Part shown: piece by piece, positions 17,185-26,687 of the stretch
Position numbering within the stretch: position 1 is the first letter of the stretch
How the letters are laid out: the number at the start of each line of letters is the position of its first letter
NCBI GenBank assembly: GCA_025056215.1
Contig: JANWWC010000007.1
Location: 30,492 to 94,491, forward strand
Origin: Cytophagales bacterium
GTDB lineage: Bacteria; Bacteroidota; Bacteroidia; Cytophagales; Flammeovirgaceae
Length of the DNA stretch: 64,000 bases
Reading direction: 5' to 3'
The notes under the pieces: model-generated
Told to the model about the DNA's origin: nothing
What the model saw: only the letters and a program-made list of their open reading frames with translations
Databases searched by the model: none
Program-made: the position numbers and the translations under genes

Positions 17185-19794
17185 ATGACAAGCAGAGGAG
17201 CAGAAGAAAAAGAAACGCCTTTGATGAAACAATACAACGCGTTCAAGGCAAAATATCCTGATGCGATTTTGTTGTTTCGAGTAGGAGATTTTTATGAAAC
17301 ATTTGGTCAGGACGCCATCATTACTTCGAAAGTATTAGATATTATTCTAACCAAGAGAGCCAACGGCGCTGCCGCCTACGTAGAATTAGCAGGTTTTCCG
17401 CATCACGCTTTGGATACCTACTTGCCTCGTTTGGTGCGCGCAGGCTACCGCGTAGCTATTTGCGATCAACTTGAAGATCCTAAATTTTCGAAAGGCATCG
17501 TCAAACGAGGAATCACAGAAATTATTACGCCAGGTATTGTGTTGAACGACCGCGTATTAGAATCGAAGAGGAATAACTATTTGGCTTCTGTTTTTATCGA
17601 AAAACAGACGGTAGGCGTCGCCTTTTTGGATGTTTCGACGGGCGAGTTTTGGGTAGCTCAAGGGGTTTCTTCGTATATTGAAAAGTTATTGCAAAGCTTT
17701 CAACCTGCTGAAATCATCTTCGCAAAACAATTTACATACGATTTTGAGGCGCTCTTCGAAGGTTTTTATAACACTTATAAAATTGACGATTGGATTTATA
17801 CGTTCGATTATGCCTACGAAAAACTTACTACACACTTTGGCACAAAATCGTTAAAAGGCTTTGGCGTTGAGCATATGCGCCAAGCCATTGTAGCAGCAGG
17901 CGGTATTTTGTATTATTTAGAATCTACTGAGCACAAACATATTGCCCATATTACTTCTATTTCTCGCATAGAAGAAGATACTTACGTATGGTTAGATAAG
18001 TTTACGATTCGGAACTTGGAACTTCTCTCTGCTCAACAAGAAGGAGGTGTTTCCTTTCTTGAGACTATAGACAAAACTCATACTCCTATGGGAGGGCGAT
18101 TGCTAAAAAAATGGGTGTTGCTGCCTTTAAAAAAGCTTTCTGTTATCGAAGAACGTTTGTCAGTAGTTTCTTTTTTGGTAGAACAAGAAGAAATTCGGAA
18201 TTTTTTAGGAGATATCTTCCAGCAAATCGGAGATTTGGAGCGTTTGGTATCGAAGATTGCTGTTCATAGAATCACGCCCCGCGAGATGGTTCAACTCAAA
18301 AAAGCACTCCAACAAATTTCATTCCTTGAGCAAAAACTCTCAGCAGTGGAGCACCTCCCTATGAGACAATTAGTAAGTCGGTTGTCGCCTTGCTATGAAT
18401 TAGCTCATACAATAGACCAACGACTCGATGAAAACGCTCCTCATAATATCAGAACGGGAAACTTTATTAAAGCAGGCGTCAGCGCAGAGCTCGACCAACT
18501 CAGAGAAATTGCTTTTTCAGGAAAAGATTATTTACTTCAAATTCAGGAAAAAGAAGCGTTGCGCACTGGCATTCCTTCTTTAAAAGTGGGCTATAACAAT
18601 GTGTTCGGATATTATTTAGAAGTGCGCAACACTCATCTGGAAAAAGTTCCTAAAGAATGGATACGCAAACAGACTTTAGCCAATGCTGAACGGTTTGTTA
18701 CAGAAGAACTCAAAGCATATGAAGAAAAAATCTTGAACGCTGAAGCGCAAATAGCTCAATTAGAAGAACAACTTTTTGAAGAATTAGTAAAAATAGCCTT
18801 TCAGTATTTGCAGCCGCTGCAAGAAAATGCACATCTGATCGCCACCTTAGATTGTTTGCTTTCTTTTTCGATTGTTTCGCATCAGTATCGTTATACTCGT
18901 CCTGAGCTCAACGAAAATTATTTGATAGATATTCGGGGAGGAAGACATCCTGTAATTGAAAGGCAACTTTCTGCTGGCGAACCTTATATTCCTAACGATA
19001 TACGTTTAGACGAACAACAACAAATTCTCATCATTACAGGTCCGAACATGTCTGGAAAATCTGCTCTTTTGAGACAGACAGCTCTGACAGTGCTCATGTC
19101 TCAAATGGGTTGTTTTGTGCCAGCTACTTCTGCCGTTATCGGAATAGTAGATAAAATTTTTACGCGCGTAGGTGCTAGCGATAACCTGAGCCGTGGCGAG
19201 TCTACTTTTATGGTTGAAATGACCGAAACTGCTAGCATCCTGCACAACTTATCTCGCCGCAGCTTGGTACTCATGGACGAAATAGGCAGAGGAACAAGCA
19301 CCTACGACGGCATTAGTATTGCGTGGGCAATCGTAGAACATCTCCACAATCATCCTACTGCAAAAGCAAAAACGCTGTTTGCCACTCATTACCACGAACT
19401 CAATCAATTAGCAGAGGCGCTTCCGAACGTAAAAAATTTTCATATTTCTGTAAAAGAGTTACAAAACAAAATCATTTTTACTCGCAAACTCGTAGAAGGC
19501 GGCAGCGAACACAGCTTTGGCATTCATGTAGCGCAGTTGGCAGGCATTCCAAACACTATAGTAATTCGCGCCTATCAGATTTTAGAAGAATTAGAAAAAG
19601 AGCGCTCTTTAAAAAGAAAGCGCAAAATTAAAGTTTCTGCTCCTCTTCCTTCTTTTCAAACTTCTTTGTTTGAAACTACTGATCCTCGCTTAAAAGCAGT
19701 CGTCGAAGCTCTCAAAAAAATAGATATCAACTCGCTTTCTCCTATTGAAGCGCTTTTGCGCCTTAATGAACTCAAACACATGCTCGGAGAGTGA
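17185..19794 (+). CDS. mutS: DNA mismatch repair protein MutS
   Basis: TPLMKQY N-terminus, Walker A GPNMSGKS, STFMVEM, DEIGRGTSTYDG, about 870 aa. Confidence 0.95.
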   Translation: MTSRGAEEKETPLMKQYNAFKAKYPDAILLFRVGDFYETFGQDAIITSKVLDIILTKRANGAAAYVELAGFPHHALDTYLPRLVRAGYRVAICDQLEDPKFSKGIVKRGITEIITPGIVLNDRVLESKRNNYLASVFIEKQTVGVAFLDVSTGEFWVAQGVSSYIEKLLQSFQPAEIIFAKQFTYDFEALFEGFYNTYKIDDWIYTFDYAYEKLTTHFGTKSLKGFGVEHMRQAIVAAGGILYYLESTEHKHIAHITSISRIEEDTYVWLDKFTIRNLELLSAQQEGGVSFLETIDKTHTPMGGRLLKKWVLLPLKKLSVIEERLSVVSFLVEQEEIRNFLGDIFQQIGDLERLVSKIAVHRITPREMVQLKKALQQISFLEQKLSAVEHLPMRQLVSRLSPCYELAHTIDQRLDENAPHNIRTGNFIKAGVSAELDQLREIAFSGKDYLLQIQEKEALRTGIPSLKVGYNNVFGYYLEVRNTHLEKVPKEWIRKQTLANAERFVTEELKAYEEKILNAEAQIAQLEEQLFEELVKIAFQYLQPLQENAHLIATLDCLLSFSIVSHQYRYTRPELNENYLIDIRGGRHPVIERQLSAGEPYIPNDIRLDEQQQILIITGPNMSGKSALLRQTALTVLMSQMGCFVPATSAVIGIVDKIFTRVGASDNLSRGESTFMVEMTETASILHNLSRRSLVLMDEIGRGTSTYDGISIAWAIVEHLHNHPTAKAKTLFATHYHELNQLAEALPNVKNFHISVKELQNKIIFTRKLVEGGSEHSFGIHVAQLAGIPNTIVIRAYQILEELEKERSLKRKRKIKVSAPLPSFQTSLFETTDPRLKAVVEALKKIDINSLSPIEALLRLNELKHMLGE

Positions 19795-19800
19795 GATTTT

Positions 19801-21897
19801 TCATTCTTCTTCAGGAGGTGCATTGGCTTCGAGACTTTCTTTTTCTTTTTGGATTCGTAGAATATCCTCGTATTCGTCTCGTTTGTAAATCTTGAATTCT
19901 ACTCTTCGATTGAGTTTTTTTTGCTCTTCTGTTTTAGGGTTAAGAATTACGGGCTGCGTATCACCTACGCCGATAGCCTGCACGCGACTTGTGTCAAAAC
20001 TGCCGTAGTTCAGAATGTACTCTCTAATAGCATCGGCACGGCGCTGCGAAAGTCTCAGGTTAAATTCTGGATTGCCATCAGAATCGGTATGCCCAATTAC
20101 TTTTACATTAAATTTAGGGTTCTTTTTTAAAAATTCAATGACTAAATGAAGGTTGTTTTCCATGCTTGGTGAGAGTTTAGCGCTTCCCGTCTCAAAATCT
20201 ATTGATTTGAACATTAAAGAAGTGTTCATGCTCACGGCTGGAATTTCGGCAGTAGTGTCGCCGTTCAAATAAAACATTTCTTCAATTTTAAAAAAGTTAT
20301 CTCCTTCTACTACGAGCATGTAGCGCCGTTTGTCGATAAGGTCAAACTCAAAAGTGCCGTCATCTCTTAAGTATTTAGGCATTACTTCGATGCCTTCTTC
20401 TAAGTCAATCACGGTAACAGTTCCTGCAAAAACTTCGCCTGTAGTAGGTTCTTGCACTCTCCCTGAAAAACGAACAATAGCACTAGGTTGTGCTTCCATA
20501 GGCAATGGAAAGGAATGCAAATCGAGATTTTCATCCTGATAATATTGAGCACTAGCTTGTTCGGATTTTGCATAAAACAACCATTTGGCTTTTTTATCAA
20601 TAGCAAAATAAAATTCGCTTCCTTTTCCATTGACTAAAGGACCTACGTTGAGCGGTTCTGTCCAAAAACCGTCTTTTTGGTAGGTTTTAAAGATGTCGAA
20701 ACTGCCGAAGTTGTTGATATGTCCATCAGAACTAAAATAAAGCACGCTGTTTTTAGGATGAAAAAAAGGACTTACTTCGTTGGCTCTGGTGTTGATAATA
20801 GGTCCTAAGTTTTGCGCCTTTCCCCATTGCCCTGACGGAGTTTTGACACAAAAATACAAATCTGTTCCGCCGAATCCGCCTCTTCTGTCGGATGCAAAAT
20901 AGAGCGTATCACCTTTGGGAGATAAAGCAGGGTGCGAATCCCAAGCGTAGCTGTTCACCGAAGGGCCTAAATTGATGGGCTCAGACCATTTCATCTTTCC
21001 TTCTGGATTTGTAATCAAGTAAGAAGAATACAAATCGCAGTTGCCGTAACTATGAGGATCTCCACAGCGCGCAAAAATGATGTACTTTCCATCAGGACTC
21101 ATACAAGGAGAACCTTCATTGTAGGCAGAATTAATCCCTACTAATGGAGCAGGTTCTGTCCAGTAGCCGTATTCATCTTTGTAGCTGATAAAAATATCTT
21201 CGTTTTGATTGATTTCTAAATCCGTATGTCTTACAGTCGAATCAATAGTTCTTTTGGAGGTAAATAAAAGAATGTTGTCGTTTTCTCCTGTAATACTCAT
21301 TCCATAGTCGTCATGAGGCGAATTGATATCGCTTCCCATATTAAGGAGCACATCTTGAGGAGGTTTGAGAGTATCAATCAATTTTCGTTTGCCTACCATT
21401 TCATAATAATACTCTAAATCAACATACATGGGCTTGTCGAACTTACTATGTTTTTCATAAAAATAAAGAGCTTGTTGCAAGTCGCCTCGATGATGCTTGA
21501 TAATAAGCCGATACGCTTCTTTTGCAATAGCTTCGTTGCCAGTATATTCAGAAACTCGCGCTAATTTCCAGAGTAAGTCTGTATCTTTAATAAAGTTTTC
21601 TATTCCGAAATTTAAGACATATTCTAAAAGAGTTTGGAAAAGCTCTTGCCATTGCTTGTTTTTTTCTAATCTTTGAATGACTGCCAATTTGTACACATCG
21701 TGATAGTAAGCAAGTTTATTGATATTTTTAAATTGAAGTGGAGAAACTACCAGCGTAGAAGATTGTCTTGCTTCTAAAGGCTTTAAAATCAGCTCAGAAC
21801 GTTTGGAGTTAGATTCTTTTTTGTTTTTCTTTTGAGAAAAGCAAATGCCACTTACTAGCCCTAGTATGACAAAAATTAGCAAATGGATTTGTTTCAT
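19801..21897 (-). CDS. OmpA-family protein with N-terminal TPR-like region and PD40/TolB-like beta-propeller repeats
   Basis: Signal peptide present. Repeated PD40-like ..SP..S.DG..L.F.S.R..G.GG.D.Y motifs. C-terminal OmpA-like domain: GHTDSDGNPEFNLRLSQRRADAI...NRRVEFKI. Confidence 0.85.
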   Translation of the reverse strand: MKQIHLLIFVILGLVSGICFSQKKNKKESNSKRSELILKPLEARQSSTLVVSPLQFKNINKLAYYHDVYKLAVIQRLEKNKQWQELFQTLLEYVLNFGIENFIKDTDLLWKLARVSEYTGNEAIAKEAYRLIIKHHRGDLQQALYFYEKHSKFDKPMYVDLEYYYEMVGKRKLIDTLKPPQDVLLNMGSDINSPHDDYGMSITGENDNILLFTSKRTIDSTVRHTDLEINQNEDIFISYKDEYGYWTEPAPLVGINSAYNEGSPCMSPDGKYIIFARCGDPHSYGNCDLYSSYLITNPEGKMKWSEPINLGPSVNSYAWDSHPALSPKGDTLYFASDRRGGFGGTDLYFCVKTPSGQWGKAQNLGPIINTRANEVSPFFHPKNSVLYFSSDGHINNFGSFDIFKTYQKDGFWTEPLNVGPLVNGKGSEFYFAIDKKAKWLFYAKSEQASAQYYQDENLDLHSFPLPMEAQPSAIVRFSGRVQEPTTGEVFAGTVTVIDLEEGIEVMPKYLRDDGTFEFDLIDKRRYMLVVEGDNFFKIEEMFYLNGDTTAEIPAVSMNTSLMFKSIDFETGSAKLSPSMENNLHLVIEFLKKNPKFNVKVIGHTDSDGNPEFNLRLSQRRADAIREYILNYGSFDTSRVQAIGVGDTQPVILNPKTEEQKKLNRRVEFKIYKRDEYEDILRIQKEKESLEANAPPEEE

Positions 21898-22039
21898 CAG
21901 AACAAAAATTTGTAAAATTGTTTTTTCTATAACGCCAAAATTATAGCTTTTCTCATATTCAAACGTAAAATTTTTGCTGCTTAGGGTGTATTTTACTTTA
22001 TTTGCCTTTGCGATATTATTTAAGCGCTTAACTTAAGAT

Positions 22040-23023
22040 ATGAAAATGAAATTGAAAAACATAATTTGGGCCTTGGCTTCTGCATATGCTTTAGTTAGCT
22101 GTAGAGAAAAGTTGCAAGAGTACAAACCTGTTACCGTTCTGAATGTTTCTTCTCCTACGATAGTTCCTTCTGCTACCACTGTTACTCGCCTTGCGAGAGC
22201 TGTTTCCGTAGAAAGTGCAGATACTGCTTCTCAAGGCTTTTCAGCAGGACAACCTATTGCTATCAATCCTCGCATTTTTCGCTTGGACACTCTCATCGCT
22301 CAGCGAATTGTAACCAATGGTGGCACAATGGAAATTAGCGCTAAAGTAAACTTAGGAACTGCTTCTGTTCCTTTTAAGGGCGCTCTTGTAAACTTTAGGT
22401 TCGGAACTTCTCAATCTCAATTTCGTTTTCAGACAACTTCATCTGTTTACAATTCTGTTGATAGCACTCTTAAAATTGTTATCCAAATTCCTTCTAGTAT
22501 CGCGCCTATTGCTGGAGCAGGAACTTCACCGAGTCCACTGGTATTGCGCTATGCGGTCATAAACCAGCACGACTCAATAAGCAATGTAATAGAAGAGCCT
22601 CTTACTATCGTGCAGGCGGGCGGTACGGGCGCCAATTTTTTATTGCAATACACATGGCGCGGCGTAGATCTGTTTTTTGCTGATACACTGAACTGCCAGG
22701 GTACGCGGCATTCTGTGGTTCGCTCAAAAAATACAAGTGGCGTTGTAGTAAAATTTTTACCCAATGGCACGGTTTCTTTTTCAGAACCTTTTACTCACTT
22801 TATTGCAAGATGTCATCAAGGAGCTCCTTCCGCTTTGGAAATTGCTCTCCCTACAAAGGCAGGCTGGCAATATAATTCGCGCACAAGAGAAATCACTCTT
22901 ATTTATAGCAATAGCATCCAACAAATATGGCATATCAAAGAGTACAACAATACTTATTTTGAGGCTGGCAACCGTTCAGAAACAGATGTGCTTAAGTATA
23001 GGTATAGGTTCACAGCTCAGTAG
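22040..23023 (+). CDS. Hypothetical lipoprotein
   Basis: Signal peptide with lipobox: ALASAYALVSC. 327-aa Ser/Thr-rich ORF with no recognised family. Confidence 0.6.
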   Translation: MKMKLKNIIWALASAYALVSCREKLQEYKPVTVLNVSSPTIVPSATTVTRLARAVSVESADTASQGFSAGQPIAINPRIFRLDTLIAQRIVTNGGTMEISAKVNLGTASVPFKGALVNFRFGTSQSQFRFQTTSSVYNSVDSTLKIVIQIPSSIAPIAGAGTSPSPLVLRYAVINQHDSISNVIEEPLTIVQAGGTGANFLLQYTWRGVDLFFADTLNCQGTRHSVVRSKNTSGVVVKFLPNGTVSFSEPFTHFIARCHQGAPSALEIALPTKAGWQYNSRTREITLIYSNSIQQIWHIKEYNNTYFEAGNRSETDVLKYRYRFTAQ

Positions 23024-23028
23024 TTTGT

Positions 23029-23898
23029 TTAATTGATGCGCTCATACGCTTTTAAGCTTAAATCTAAGCTATTGTAAGAATGCGTGAGCGCTCCTACCGA
23101 AATGAAGTCTACTCCAATTTCTGCAATGGGGCGGAGTTGTTCTAAGGTAATGCCCCCCGAGGCTTCTATGAGCGCCTTCCCATCGATAATAGCGACAGCT
23201 TCTTTCATCATCTCCAAAGGCATGTTATCGAGCATGATAATATCTACCGATTGAGTGGCTAAGGCTTCTTTCACTTCTTCAATTGAGCGGGTTTCTACCT
23301 CGATGCGCAAATTAAGATTATGAGTTTTTAAGTATTCTACTGTGTTGAAAACTGCTTTTGTAATGCTTCCTGCAAAATCGATGTGGTTATCTTTTAACAT
23401 GATAAGATCGAAGAGTCCGAATCGGTGGTTGGTACCTCCGCCGATATGAACTGCCCATTTTTCGAGCATTCGAAAGTTAGGAGTTGTTTTGCGCGTGTCT
23501 AACAGACGAGTGCGCGTACCTTCTAGCTCTTGAACGTATCGATAAGTTTTAGTAGCAATTCCACTCATGCGCTGCATGCAGTTGAGCACCAAGCGTTCGC
23601 AGGTAAGAATATTTCCTGCGTTTCCCGATACTATAAAAGCAACTTCACCTTTTTGAACCTTGTCTCCGTCTTTCTTAAAAGGCTCAAATACAAGCGTAGG
23701 ATCATAGTACTGAAAAATCAGGCGTGCTACCTCTATTCCTGCAATAATGCCGTTCGATTTTACAAGAAGCCTTGCTTTGCTTTTAATATCGCAAGGAACA
23801 GCGCCTTTCGTAGAATGATCCCCAGAACCGACATCTTCTTGAAAAGCATTTTCAATAAACTGACGTAGTTTTTCTGGTTGAATATATGGCGGTAGCAT
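23029..23898 (-). CDS. nadC: Nicotinate-nucleotide diphosphorylase (carboxylating), quinolinate phosphoribosyltransferase
   Basis: Typical NadC blocks: DTRKTTPNFR, LFDLIMLKDNH, IMLDNM, EASGGIT. Confidence 0.9.
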   Translation of the reverse strand: MLPPYIQPEKLRQFIENAFQEDVGSGDHSTKGAVPCDIKSKARLLVKSNGIIAGIEVARLIFQYYDPTLVFEPFKKDGDKVQKGEVAFIVSGNAGNILTCERLVLNCMQRMSGIATKTYRYVQELEGTRTRLLDTRKTTPNFRMLEKWAVHIGGGTNHRFGLFDLIMLKDNHIDFAGSITKAVFNTVEYLKTHNLNLRIEVETRSIEEVKEALATQSVDIIMLDNMPLEMMKEAVAIIDGKALIEASGGITLEQLRPIAEIGVDFISVGALTHSYNSLDLSLKAYERIN

Positions 23899-23910
23899 CA
23901 GTATAAAAAA

Positions 23911-24816
23911 TTAATACAACTTGGAACGTTTGATAAGAAAAGGTAATAATACCTTATCAACATTGCTTGCACAATCTACCTCTACGAAATCAATTTTATA
24001 TTGAGCACAACGCAATTTGATATTTTTATATCGTTGTTGAATTTGCTCCATATAAGATTCTCGCACTGCATTAGGTTGGATTTTTTCCTGTTGCCCTGTT
24101 TCTATATCGATAAATAAGTAAGGTCTTTCAGAAAAATCAAATTCTAATTCCGTTTTTTTATCGAATACGTGAAAGAGAATGACTTCATGCTTTTCGTGTT
24201 TAAGATGCTGTAGAGCCGAAAAAACTTCTTCTTGCCGTTCTGCAGTGTTATCCATCATATCAGAAAACAAGATGACAAGAGAGCGTTTATGGATTTTTTG
24301 AGCTATCTGGTGAATGACTTGCGCTATAGCTGTTTTCTTTTGTTTGGTAGGAGTTTGTAAAAACTCATTAAGCTGGGAATAAATTTGATAGAGATGAGCA
24401 GAAGTGGATTTGACAGGCGTCATATGTTCAATTTGTTCTGAAAAAGTACAAAGTCCTACGGCATCGCGCTGTTTATGGAGCAGGTAGGCTAAAGCTGCTG
24501 CTGCAAAACAACTAAACAAAAATTTTCCGTTGTTCTCTACAGGATAATACATCGAAGAAGAGCGGTCTAAAAGTATCATGCATCTCAAATTTGTTTCTTC
24601 TTCGTAGCGCTTAGAGTAAAGCCTATCGGTTTTAGCGTATACTTTCCAATCGATGTGCCGAGTCGTCTCACCAGGGTTGTATAGACGATGTTCTGCAAAC
24701 TCTACCGAAAAACCATGATAAGGCGATTTGTGGAGCCCTGTGATGAAGCCCTCTACCATTTGCTTGGCAAACAACTCTAAATTGCTATATTCTCGAACTT
24801 GTTTGAAGTCTATCAT
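23911..24816 (-). CDS. DUF58 (vWA-like) domain protein
   Basis: GFSVEFAEHRLYNPGETTRHIDWKVYAKTDRLYSKRYEEE is the hallmark DUF58 N-terminal block. It is followed by a vWA-like ILLDRSSSM segment. Confidence 0.8.
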   Translation of the reverse strand: MIDFKQVREYSNLELFAKQMVEGFITGLHKSPYHGFSVEFAEHRLYNPGETTRHIDWKVYAKTDRLYSKRYEEETNLRCMILLDRSSSMYYPVENNGKFLFSCFAAAALAYLLHKQRDAVGLCTFSEQIEHMTPVKSTSAHLYQIYSQLNEFLQTPTKQKKTAIAQVIHQIAQKIHKRSLVILFSDMMDNTAERQEEVFSALQHLKHEKHEVILFHVFDKKTELEFDFSERPYLFIDIETGQQEKIQPNAVRESYMEQIQQRYKNIKLRCAQYKIDFVEVDCASNVDKVLLPFLIKRSKLY

Positions 24817-24836
24817 ACTTATAGCTAAATAAAGAA

Positions 24837-26039
24837 TTAAGAGAGCTGTTGAAGTGCCATCTGCGCTACAGTTTCACCGATAGCTAAAGAAGAAGTAGCA
24901 GCAGGAGAAGGAGCATTACAAACGTGAATCAAAGCTTTTTTTTCTATAATATAAAAATCGTCTAACAAGCCTTCTGTGCGATGACAAGCTTGTGCCCGAA
25001 TACCGGCTTCGGCTTTGATAAGATCTTTTTCTTGAATTTCGGGAACGAGTTTTTGGAGCGCTCTTGTAAAAGCTGATTTCGAAAAAGAACGATAAAGCTC
25101 ATAAAGTCCTGTTTTCCAATACTTTGTTGCAATTTTTTGAAATCCTTCAAATCTTAAAGTTTCCCATAGCTCTTTCCAATTGACGATCGTGTTTGTATAT
25201 CCTTCGCGCGCAAAGGCGAACACTGCATTAGGTCCTGCTTCTACTCCTCCGCGTATCATGCGCGTAAGGTGAACTCCTAAAAACGGAAACGCAGGGTCGG
25301 GAACAGGGTAAACTAACCCTTTCACCAGATATTCTTTTTCTTTTACGAGTTTGTAGTACTCTCCTCGGAAGGGTACGATTTGAAGATCCAAATTCTGTTC
25401 TGTCAGCTTGGCAATCTTATCAGAATACAAACCTGCGCAGTTGATAACCAGTTTTCCTGTAAAAGAATTTTGTACTTCTGTAATTACTTCTATAGAATTA
25501 GTAGACTGCCGGATTTGAATTACTTTTTGAGAAGTCACTACCTCTCCGCCTAGTTCGATAATTTGATGCGCGCATTTTTCAGCCACCTCTTTGTAATCCA
25601 CAATGCCTGTGTAAGGCACGAAAATACCTGCTATTCCGCTGACGTGAGGCTCTTTTTCTCGTATTTGTTCACTTGTGAGTTGAACAATTTTATGGAGTCC
25701 GTTTGCAATGCCTCGTTCATAGATGGTTTTCAACATAGGAAGCTCTTTTTCATGGGTGGCTACAATCACTTTCCCACATAGTTCGTATGAAATCTGATGT
25801 TCTTGGCAAAATGCTAATAGCAACTGATAGCCTCGCAAGCAGTTTCGAGCTTTTAAGCTGTTGGGTTTGTAATAAATGCCTGAATGAATAACACCACTGT
25901 TGCGCCCTGTTTGGTGTTGTGCGATTTTGTTTTCTTTTTCGAGTACAATTACTGATAAATTAGGATTTTGCTTTAACAACTGATAGGCAGTAGCCAACCC
26001 TACAATGCCACCACCTATCACAATTGCATCGTATTGCAT
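24837..26039 (-). CDS. lhgO: L-2-hydroxyglutarate oxidase (FAD-dependent)
   Basis: YDAIVIGGGIVGLATAYQL...HQTGRNSGVIHSGIYYKPNSLKA matches the LhgO family N-terminus. 400 aa. Confidence 0.8.
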   Translation of the reverse strand: MQYDAIVIGGGIVGLATAYQLLKQNPNLSVIVLEKENKIAQHQTGRNSGVIHSGIYYKPNSLKARNCLRGYQLLLAFCQEHQISYELCGKVIVATHEKELPMLKTIYERGIANGLHKIVQLTSEQIREKEPHVSGIAGIFVPYTGIVDYKEVAEKCAHQIIELGGEVVTSQKVIQIRQSTNSIEVITEVQNSFTGKLVINCAGLYSDKIAKLTEQNLDLQIVPFRGEYYKLVKEKEYLVKGLVYPVPDPAFPFLGVHLTRMIRGGVEAGPNAVFAFAREGYTNTIVNWKELWETLRFEGFQKIATKYWKTGLYELYRSFSKSAFTRALQKLVPEIQEKDLIKAEAGIRAQACHRTEGLLDDFYIIEKKALIHVCNAPSPAATSSLAIGETVAQMALQQLS

Positions 26040-26042
26040 AAA

Positions 26043-26603
26043 CTAAATAGTCATGATATCTTTTTCTTTTACAGCGAGTAACTCGTCTATTTTGGCTACA
26101 TACGTGTCAGTGAGCTTTTGCACTTTTTCTTCTGCAGCTTTTACAACATCTTCAGCTACTCCTTCTTTAATGAGTTTTCGAAGCCCTTCGTTCGTTTCTT
26201 TGCGTATATTGCGGACAGCTACTTTCCCTTGTTCGCACTCACCTTTGGCTTGTTTTACAAGGTCGCGCCGACGATCTTCAGTAAGAGGAGGAAGAATAAT
26301 TCTAATCACTTCTCCATCATTTTGCGGATTCAATCGAAGTTCGCTCTCTTTGATAGCTTTTTCAATTATAGGAATCATGTTTTTTTCCCAAGGTTTGATC
26401 ACAATAGTGCGAACATCGGGAGTAGTAATGGAAGCCACTTGAGAAATGGGAGTCATAGAGCCGTAATACTCTACTTTAATACCGTCTAATATAGCGGGGT
26501 TTGCCTTTCCAGCGCGAATTTTAGAAAGTTCTATTTTTGTATGTTGCAATGTTTTTTCCATCGATTCTTTGGCTTCTTCTAAATATAGCGCTATCTCGTC
26601 CAT
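26043..26603 (-). CDS. frr: Ribosome recycling factor
   Basis: Canonical RRF sequence blocks: LSKIRAGKANPAILDGIKVEYYG...LNPQNDG..IR...PPLTEDRRRDLVK. Start moved to the ATG at 26603, giving about 186 aa. Confidence 0.92.
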   Translation of the reverse strand: MDEIALYLEEAKESMEKTLQHTKIELSKIRAGKANPAILDGIKVEYYGSMTPISQVASITTPDVRTIVIKPWEKNMIPIIEKAIKESELRLNPQNDGEVIRIILPPLTEDRRRDLVKQAKGECEQGKVAVRNIRKETNEGLRKLIKEGVAEDVVKAAEEKVQKLTDTYVAKIDELLAVKEKDIMTI

Positions 26604-26687
26604 AATACTTATGTAATTTTGTTGTTGATAATTGGCTGCCAAGATAACAAGATATTTTATTTTCTCATAAATTTGGTCGAGAGAGTA

